Shown piece by piece: positions 11,544-21,400 of a stretch of DNA of 48,601 nucleotides. The stretch is from Macrostomum lignano. Its lineage: Eukaryota. The stretch's first letter is position 1. The number at the start of each line of letters is the position of its first letter. The DNA is taken from assembly GCA_002269645.1 (NCBI GenBank), contig NIVC01004360.1:1-48601 (forward strand). Direction: 5' to 3'. The notes beneath the pieces were generated by a model, which was given only the letters and a program-made list of their open reading frames with translations, was not told the origin of the DNA and searched no databases. A program made the translations under genes and the position numbers.

Positions 11544-13388
11544 GCTGGGGTATTCGAGCTAGCTTGGCAGTAAAGCTTTCTAGCGCTGAATGAGCTCCTT
11601 GGAGATTTGTTGCTGGACAGGCCTTCACCTGTATCGTATATATAGACTGGAGTTGTTTTTCGAACTCTTAGGCGATGCATCGATCTGTTTTGCACCTTAG
11701 TTTTGTTCGACCTTCGTAAGAGTTCGAATTATGTTGACGTCGGCAGTTCGGAATGGGCTGGGGAACCCCCGGCACCAAAGTGTTTTGACTGCGGCTGGGC
11801 TGGTCAAGATTGGCCCAGGGAAGTGGAGAATCCGATTGGCAGTTGTTGGTTGAAGGTATCCAGTTCTGTAAAAGTTCTGACGTATTCAGATGAAGAATCC
11901 AGCAGCACCCTCAGATAGGTGTGCACCACGAACTTTCAGAGTCCCCGTTCGCTACCGGTAAACATGTTTGTCCGCTTAGCTGACGAACTGTTCGCTGTTG
12001 AACCGCTTCCGTCAGCCCTGTGTTTTTCGTCCTCTAACGCTGCACTGAACTTTCCGATTGGGAATTCCCCAAACTTCCTTGCCGCAATCCGTTTGGCGCA
12101 TCACGAGGAAAGAAAGCATTTGTTCTTTAAGGCTCGCGGTTGAAAACAATTTTTTTTCTCGCTACCGGTGCGGGGGATCGCCGTGAACTAGCTCGTAGAG
12201 AACGATAGAAAAAATGTAAACAGGGTCGAATCGAACAGTTTAATAATTATTCTAAGAGCGTTATAAAGATTTATTTTATGTTAAATGGCTAAAACTTGAG
12301 TACGCTAGTAGATAAAGTTGATCAAGATTTAACATCAAAACTAAGCCGATCACTTTTTTAGGTCCTCTCTGATGAACGGGTTCAAAGAGAAGTCACGATT
12401 CAAAGCGAGATATCATTGACATAAAAGCCAATCCATGAAGTATTTTAACTTTAGCAACAATATAAGCTATTTAAAGTAAAGTTGCTCGCTTCGCTAGTAG
12501 GACAAATAGGAAAACAATAATCAGCATGTGAAAGAAAAAAGTGAGAATTTTTTCACCAATTGAGCAGCAATATTTAACCTTGAGTTTGCAACCATCGTGT
12601 TTTCTGGAAGACAGTGCAACCAGTTCAGATTTTGCTTAATTGCAACACTCCAAAGCGCGATATCACTCTCTTCTGTGTGCATTCCTGTCGCCTATGCATA
12701 CTGTAGCTCCTTGTGAAGCTGAACTTCTTTAAACCTGGATTGATGTTCTAATTAAAATTATTTGCTTTTGTTTCCTTACAGTTTACAGTGCGAATTCGAT
12801 GCCTTTATCTGGTTATTCTACTGTCATACATCTTTCTGTGCCCTAATTTATGATTAGCCATTAAATGCGTCTGCCTGCGTAAGTTTGATTTGAAGAAACA
12901 AAACTTTTTTTTTCAACCGTGATACGTGTAAGAGTCAAGGATTGATCTTAACTTCGAAAATTTCCTAATTTTGACCTCAGGTGTTTCAGTGATCATCATC
13001 GCTGAGCATTTACTGTAGTATCACATACACTACATACACACTATTGACGAAAAATCTATCAAAGCATTGCTTTCCGAATAACAGCTACCTTTAAATTACA
13101 TTCAATGCGGGGCTCTCACTCTCTTTGCTCAATATATTCGACACAAAATATCACCCAGAATGCTCATTCCCGCTCTCCGTTATGAAACCGCTGGCAAAAA
13201 AACGATAAGCATTGAGCTAGCTACTCTTGGAGAGAAGTTAACCCCTGAGTAGCACATATCTATCTTTTATATCCTTTTAAATGTAGTGTGTAGTGTGTGC
13301 CACATATGGCTCCTATATCCTGTGTTCTCAATCCCATTCAATACAGTGGTTCATCTAATGTGCCTTGAAGCCTATAGTGCTTTTAGTG

Positions 13389-14150
13389 CAGGGGTCAGCA
13401 AACTTTTTACCTCAAGGGCCAGATTGAGGGCCCAGACTGCCCTTCTGGGTCCGCCTTGCTGGCCCCCTAAGCGAAACGCGCGCCCAGGAGTCCCTGATGA
13501 CTGCGGGCTATAGGGAGAGAGAATGGGGAATAGAGAAGAGAAATGCGAGCGCAGGAGAAGGGAGAGGCGAAGGAATAAAATAGAAGAGAGATAAAAAAGG
13601 AGAGGAGAGAAGACAGGGGAGATGAATGAGGAAAGGAGAGTCGAAATATAAGAGAGAGGAGAGAAGGAGAGGAGAGAGAGAAGGGTGAAGAGAATGGAGA
13701 GGAAACGGGAGATGAGAGGAGAGGAGAGAGGTGAGGAGACGTGAGGAGATGAGAGGAGAGGAGAGAGGTGAGGAGATAGGAGGAGTGAAGAGAAGTGGGG
13801 AGAGGTGAGGAGATGAGAGGAGAGGAGAGAGGTGAGGAAATAGGAGGAGTGAAGAGAAGTGAGGAGAGGTGAGGAGATGAGAGGAAAGGAGAGAGGAGAG
13901 GAGAGGAGATGTGAGGAGAGGAGAGGAGAGGAGAGGACAGGAGGGGAGAGGAGAGTAGTGGATAGGAGAGGAGAGGAAGAGGAGAGGACAGGAGAGTATG
14001 AGAAGAGAGAGGTGAGAAAAGAGAGCTGAGAAGAGACAAAAACATCGAGCAGGCCGGATTGCTATTGTGAAGATTCAAACGACCCAAGGGCCAGATAGAG
14101 AGGCTTTGTGGGCCACATTTGGCCCTCAGGCCGGAGATTGCGGACCCTTG
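13389..14150. mobile_element. hAT (Charlie-like) MITE with a GA-rich simple-repeat core
   Basis: Termini CAGGGGTCAGCAAAC ... GATTGCGGACCCTTG, subterminal GGCC motifs, TSD TTTTAGTG/TTTTAGTA (7 of 8), internal (GGAGA)n-like tract. Confidence 0.8.
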
Positions 14151-15448
14151 TTTTAGTATTTAGCCCTTTAACTTTTGCATCTCTGATCGAAATTCCGAGT
14201 CCGCCGCAAACCCAAGACTTAAACCGCTGCTGGCGCTGCAACTAAAAGCACTAAAATGCCGTCAGATAAAAGAATAAAGAGACAGCGCCAAGAGGAACTG
14301 AAGGAGGCAACCAAGAGATACAGAAAATTATATTGGTCTTGCCCTGGCAATTTTCATTCATTTGAGATATTTACTAAATAAATTGATAGTGCTGTGCAGT
14401 TGTGCAATGTTTGAATTAGTTGAAAATTCGAACATTTTTCAGACTTTTTGCCACAAACACAGAAGTGAATATTGGCCTGGTTGTCACAATAATGTCACAA
14501 ACTGACATAACAGCAGGAGTTACGGTCAGGGTGCCCTTAAATTAAAAGAAATAATGTGCAATGTGCCCTCCCACCAATAGCCCCCCCCCACTTTGAAATA
14601 TGTCCCGACACCGCTGATAATGTCAACATGAAACTGACGATAAAACCTTGACTGTAAGCCAGAGAGAAACACAGTAGCGTCCACAATAGCTTCAAACAAA
14701 TTCTGGAAACTTAGCCTGATTAAAACAGTTTAATTTACTCATATTTTTTAAATAATCGCATTTAAAAAATGAAAAAATGTATCAACTATGCAAAAATTGT
14801 TGTAATCAGTCATCAGTTTCCAAAAAAGATCGCGCATAATTTAATTTCGTCAACAGCGAGTGATGACGTCAAATGGTCAATGTGTGGCTTTCTGGACGAA
14901 ACTATATCTTCCAAATCCAAATTTTATAATTGTATGATTAATTTCATCTTATTTACTGCTAATCTATATTATGGATATTTTTTTTACTAAATAAAAACAA
15001 GCTATTGTATGAAAATGCGTATAAAATTGTTGGGACTTCTTTAAGTTTATGTTGATAAATTATGCCTAGCCTAGTTGCAGTTTTGACAGGATCATTGTTT
15101 TGTACTTTGTCTCTCTAGGGTTTTTTGATGGTGCGGTGCTGGTTTATTAGATATATGCTCAATGTCATAAATGCCATACTCTAAATCTATCGTCACTCAT
15201 CAGCATAGATAGTAGTAGGGCCTAGTTGTTACTGGGCCTATACTATTATTAAGAAATGATTTCATTATCTATTAGGCCTATCACTATCTTATTTTATACA
15301 CATTATTACTAACATTGTATTTAATATTTTGTTGTGGTCAAAATGATTATTGTATTTTTATAAAAGTAGACAAAACAACCACAAAACACAAGAGTAGCAG
15401 AGTGCTAGATTAGAGTGGCCGTCAAGCTAGGCTAGGCCAATAAATCTG

Positions 15449-15896
15449 GGCAAACTCCTAGTTTGCTGCGTTAAATTATTTTACAATGTATCTTCACATT
15501 TCAGCCTAATTGGTGACTCTACAATGGCTGGGTGACCTAGGGCACCCACAATAATTGTACCCAATGCCAATTTAAGGCCTCTACTGCTTGCACTTTGTGG
15601 ACCCCAATGATCCCACCCTGCACACTAATACCATTGAGGGATCGTGGGCACAAGTAAAGGACAAGTTCTGGAGAATGCATGGCACAAGTGATGCACTATT
15701 TGAGACTCACCTGAACAAATATCTCTGGCGCTGCCTCTGCTCTTCCCAGAGAAAACATTTGGCAACTTCCTCTACTGGGTTGCCCATTATTATTAAAACT
15801 TTTAGCTCTGTCATTTTAACTTCCACGCGTGCCATTTTAACTTTTAAAAGGTTTTAAATGTAAAAATAGTTTAATGTAGCAAACTAGGAGTTTGCC
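15449..15896 (+). mobile_element. Merlin/IS1595-type deletion derivative with a transposase C-terminal fragment
   Basis: About 37-bp TIRs GGCAAACTCCTAGTTTGCT... / ...AGCAAACTAGGAGTTTGCC. Internal HFVDPNDPTLHTNTIEGSWAQVKDKFWRMHGTSDALFETHLNKYLWR resembles ISXO2/IS1595 transposases. No clean 8-bp TSD. Confidence 0.8.
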
Positions 15897-16410
15897 AATC
15901 TATGTGAAATGACTATTAATCCATATTCCATATATACAAGTGTTCTTTATAGCAATAATGACTATTCCAATGAAATTAATTGTACATTGCATTGTAGCAT
16001 TATATAAGCACCATAAGTAAGTATTCAAATATAATTGAATTGTGCACATAAAACATTGAGGAATATTTAGATAAAATTCAACTTATTATTAAGTAAGAAC
16101 AAAAGTATACTTTTATAAAATCTTGTTTCTACCACTTTGCTTGCTATAATAGGTCTATGCTTATTCAGTTCTTATTTGTTTTTTTCTTGTTATTCTTATA
16201 CAATAGCTATTATATTTCAAAATGAATTAGAATAGTTTTTTGTCTTGATAGGGGCCTATAAATAAAAAAAGTTAACTCTGAATGAATCATTATATTATAA
16301 TTTATTTTTGAAAAAGACATTAGCTAGATAATGACAAAGTCAATATAAATATCAGAAAATAGTTCAATTGTAACAATAATGACTTTAGTAAGAGTCCTCT
16401 TACTTTCTAA

Positions 16411-16999
16411 CCAAACTCCAGAAGGTTATATGTATGTTGGAACATTTTGGCATACAAATGACCCCTTCCAAAGTTGGTGGACAAATGACCCCTTCCAAAG
16501 TTGGCATACAAATTTTGGCATATAAATTCATGCATTTTTTGACATACAAATTTTGGCGCACAAATTGATGCCATTTCTTTGGCATACCAATTTTGGTAAA
16601 TAAATTCATGCTGTGCATGAAAATTGTAATGTAAATTAACATTCTTATGTAAAATAATGGAAAATTTGTATAGTCTAAAAAGTTAGCAATAAACTTTTTG
16701 CTTCTTTAAAATTAAAAATAAATGAAATTAGTATAAATGGTTACTAAAATGTAAATTTTGCATTATTATTTCTGTAGGTTTAATCTAAGTTTGTTTAAAC
16801 TGAAAATATTTGTCCTATTTTAAAAAAGTCTTATCATACAAAAGCCTTTCTTAGAAAACTACTCATGAAAACCAAAAGATAGGTAGAGTTTTTGGCATAC
16901 ATTTTAGGGAAATTTTTTGCTTTTAGTGTACATTGGCATACATTTAGTAGAAATAAGATTCATGTTCCAGCATACACTACTACATGATCTGGACTCTGA
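16411..16999. mobile_element. MITE, CC-terminal family, copy 1
   Basis: Perfect 8-bp TSD CTTTCTAA (16403-16410, 17000-17007). The body is homologous to 28541-29075. Confidence 0.8.
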
Positions 17000-17189
17000 C
17001 TTTCTAATATGCATATTAAAGGCAAATTTTAGTAAAAAATATACTTTGCAAGATGCAAATGATAACTTTGCAATGCAATTGCATAGAATATATAGCTAAT
17101 ATAAACTAGAATTAGAATAAAAAATGTCCATAAAAGAAAAAATTATTGCAAATATATATCAATATTACTAAGCTTTCATTAGGATAATA

Positions 17190-17643
17190 CCATAGTCCGG
17201 ATCATGGCAGATATATTCTAGAATGAAAATTCATGTTTTTTCAATTTTATGCCAATGTAAAATTAAATTTTTTTACACCAAGACTAAAATTGTTAATATG
17301 CCATTTTTAAAGAATATTTATTTTTAAGAATTTAAAACTTTAACTTAACTTTAAAATGGCTATTTTTTTGCTAAAAACTGATATTCTTTGTTTTAATTTT
17401 GACTTTCTTGTGATTGCATTAATATTTTCTATTTTAGTTTCCAAATATTTTTAAAGAGCTTTCACCATTGGTTGATATTTAACTACACAATTACATTAGC
17501 CTTGAACTTGGCTATTTTTTGTATGCTGACTATGTACACTTCATGTTGAACGTGAAAATTCTATACACCAAGTGCCAAGATTGTCAACAAGAGCAAAAAT
17601 ACACCAGAAAATTCTAGCATAAAGGCCACTTTCCAGACTATGG
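17190..17643. mobile_element. MITE, CC-terminal family, copy 2
   Basis: TIR CCATAGTCCGGA / TCCAGACTATGG and perfect 8-bp TSD GGATAATA (17182-17189, 17644-17651). Confidence 0.8.
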
Positions 17644-18460
17644 GGATAATAAAAACTGTTATGTTTTTATTATAGAAAATACTTATTGAAAAACTTTGAC
17701 GCGCATAAATATTTGTCATCTTTGTTCAATAGCCATTGAATTTGTAGATGAATTAGTATAACATATTTTCCTAATTACAATATTTATAGTTTAGAATTTA
17801 TTGGATATAATTGCAAAGTTACCTATAGTATTATTGATTTATCCATATTATTGAAAGTAAAACAAAATTTTTTTTATAAAAGCTTAGTATTTTTGTAAAA
17901 TGTTTTTATTTGAATTCTAGGTTAATTTCAAAGTAATTTTTGATGAATTAGAATTGAAAATTTATTATATTAAAGAGATTGCATCTATAGTTTCAGTTGT
18001 TAGATATGACTTTTTATTTAACTTTACTATATTTAATTTCTATATATTTACTGTTTTTATTTAAAATTATCATCAAGCAATGGTTAGTGAACATAAAATT
18101 CTAATGCATAATAATGTGAAAAAATGATATAGCGAATTGAAAGAAAAATGAAATTATTATAAGCAAAATCATAGATTGACAAGGGATTTGACTAAGACAA
18201 ATAGAGAAATTAAAAAGTTGCACAAATTATTCTACTTTTAACTGAAGTGTATATATTTTATTTTGAATTAACTGATAAGGTAAAACAAAACTGGATTAAA
18301 TGGTCTAAATAAAGTTTTGAGATGAATTGACTCCAACCTTTGTGTATTGGGGCTTATTCTATCAGGCCTCTTGAATATAATGTTCATATAATTAATTAAA
18401 TATATCTATAATTGGGTGCTGATGCTAATATTTATATTTTATTATGTTCATATTCATGAA

Positions 18461-21400
18461 ATGGCTATTACAATAACTGTTAAAACACTTGATGGGGCCA
18501 ACTGTGACTATGAGGTTGCTGTTGAGGTAAGTAATTTCAATAATAATTTTTTAATATTTCATTGGTCTTAACTATTTATAGATCAGGGTTATTCATCTAA
18601 ACTATTTACAGTAATTCCAGGGAGTTGGGCTGGTAAATTCGCAAGTTAATCAGAGTTGGTCATGGTTAGTGCATAGCTGAATAAGCTACTTGCATAACCT
18701 CTTAAAGGAGCCATCATTAGAGAGTAAACAAATTTAACTAACCTGTCAGCTGTTTGTTTACTCTTCTATTGCAATAGTTGCAAGCAAGCAAAAATTCCCC
18801 ATGTTAGGCATGCTTATGGAAATTGTAGCTATCACAGACTATGATTAGTGCAAAGCGATTATATAAATCTTTATCCCTGGAATATCTAGCGCTTGTGTCA
18901 TTTTAGTGACATATCTCATAATGCGATTTTAGCGATATATCTCAAGATGAGATTTTAGTGATGACATATCTTAAGGTGAGATTTTAGCGCCATATCTCGG
19001 GGTGCGATTTTAGTGAAATATCTCAAGATGAGATTTTAGTGATATATCTCAGAATGAAATTTTAGTGACATAAGGGAGACAACCCAGTTGACTCTTCACA
19101 CCTAACTGCAGACAACGGTTGGCCAATTCAAAGCCATCTTAGCCGAGGCGATGCGCATTCCCAGCGAGGAGCAGCGGCTCATATTTCAAGGCCGGGTGCT
19201 GCAAAATGACGCCAAATTAATCGATCAAGGCTGCGCTGGAAAAGTCGTTCACCTGGTTCGACGGATGCCACAGCCGCAGCAGCAGCAGTCTCAGCAGCAA
19301 CAGTCTCAGCAGCATCATCACCATCATCACCATCCAGATCTTCACGCTCTGCCAAACCAGATTGCTCAAATCATGGAACAAGTCCTTGGCGGTGTTGGCG
19401 AAGCTGGTCGCGGCGCCTCGGTGACAACTCGACAACAGCCAGACGGCGGAGTCGATGTTGTTGTCAATCTGGCGCCTGGAGGCCAGCACCAGTCTCTGGC
19501 TAGACTGAGGCTGGGCTATCTGAACACTGTGCTGAGGCAGATGAGCAGCCTGCTGACTCAGCTTGATCGGGTGCGGTCTGGCCTTGCTGATGGGCCTGGA
19601 GAGGTGAGAAGGCCGGCTAACTGCTATCACTTTTTTTTCAGAGTGCCTCTTTATCTCAGAGTGCCTCTTTATCTCAGAGTGCTTCTCTACCTTCCGAGTG
19701 CTTCTCTATTTTCAGAGTGCCTCTCACCCTTTAGAGTGCCTCTCACCCCTTCAGAGTGCCTCTTACCCCTTCAGAGTGCCTCTCACCCCTTCAGAGTGCC
19801 TCTCACCCCTTCAGAGTGCCTCTCACCCCTTCAGAGTGCCTCTTACCCCTTCAGAGTGCCTCTCACCCCTTCAGAGTGCCTCTCACCCCTTCAGAGTGCC
19901 TACGTCAGAGTGCGTCTCTCATTCCATTGTCCCATCTAACAAATTGAAGGTGCCGCACGATTCGGACGCCGTGCGCTTGTCCGGCAATCCGTCGGCTGAT
20001 CGGATCACCCTGCCGGAGCAGGATCGCGTCGGCGAAGATCCTTCGGCTCCGGCGTCGGTAGCGGAGCTGCCAGCCGCCATCGACCGGGTTCGCCGCGCTC
20101 TGAGCAGCCTCGACGCCGGATTGGCCACCTGGTCCGCTGTTGTCAGCGAAGACCTCGCCGATCAGCCTGGCGCCGAGGGCGCCGAAGCGTTGAACAGTCG
20201 CCGGAGGCGGCGTCTGGCTCAGTACGAGTTGGCCTCCAGAGCTGCTCACCTTGGCGCGCACGCTTTGCACAATCTGTCGGATTTAATTGCCGAATTGGAT
20301 AGGCAAGGCGAAACTGGGTAAGAATAGAATAGAAGGTTTTTACAAAGTGCAGGGTCCAAGGGTCACCTGTAGAATCCAGTGTCCAAGAATCACCTGTAGA
20401 ATCCAGTGTCCAAGAATCACCTGTAGAATCCAGTGTCCAAGAATCACCTGTAGAATCCAGTGTCCAAGAATCACCTGTAGAATCCAGCGTCCGAGAATCA
20501 CCTGTAGAATCCAGTGTCCAAGAATCACCTGTAGAATCCAGCGTCCGAGAATCACCTGTAGAATCCAGCGTCCGAGAATCACCTGTAGAATCCAGCGTCC
20601 GAGAATCACCTGTAGAATCCAGCGTCCGAGAATCACCTGTAGAATCCAGTGTCCAATAATCACCTGTAGAATCCAGTGTCCAAGAATCACCTGTAGAATC
20701 CAGTGTCCAAGAATCACCTGTAGAATCCAGCGTCCGAGAATCACCTGTCGAATCCAGGGTCCGAAAATCATTTGTAGAGTCCAGGGTCCTAGAATCACCT
20801 GTAAAATCCAGGGTCCAAGGATCACCTGCACCTGGTAGAATCCAGGGCCCCAAAATCACCTGTAAAATCCAGGGTCCAAGAATCACCTGTCGAATCCAGG
20901 GTCCGAAAATCATTTGTAAAATCAGGGGTCCTAGAATCACCTGTAGAATCCAGGGTCCTGGGATCACCTGTAGAATCCAGGGTCCTGGGATCACCTGTAG
21001 AATCCAGGGTCCTGGGATCACCTGTAGAATCAAGGGTCCTAGAATCACCTGTAGAATCCAGGGTCCTAAAATCACCTGTTAAATCCAGGGTCCTTTGATC
21101 ACCTGTAGAATCCAGGGTCCTAGAATCACCTGTAGAATCAGGGGTCCTTGGATCACCTGTAGAATCGAGGGTCCTAGAATCACCTGTAGAATCCAGGGTC
21201 CTAGAATCACCTGTTAAATCCATGGTCCAAGGATCACCTGCACCTGGTAGAATCCAGGGCCCCAGAATCACCTGTAAAACCCAGGGTCCGAAAATCATTT
21301 GTAGAACCCAGAGTCCTAGAATCACTTGTAAAATCCTGGGTTCAAGAGTCACCTGTCGAATCCAGGGTCAGAAAATCATTTGTAAAATCAGGGGTCCTAG

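Noticed and set aside
9852-11628. Several long overlapping ORFs on both strands around the P450
   Set aside because: Shadow ORFs caused by the high GC3 of the real CDS. They have no motifs.
11700-12150. GC-richer block upstream of the P450 as a missing anchor exon
   Set aside because: All minus-strand frames have stops and none is hydrophobic. More likely 5' UTR or promoter.
13467-14087. 206-aa Ser/Pro/Leu ORF
   Set aside because: Translation of the GA-rich simple repeat inside a MITE.
14250-14616. Short basic ORF (MPSDKRIKRQRQEELK) and a hAT-like end (...GTCCCGACACCGCTG)
   Set aside because: Only one terminus was found and the ORF is too short to assign.
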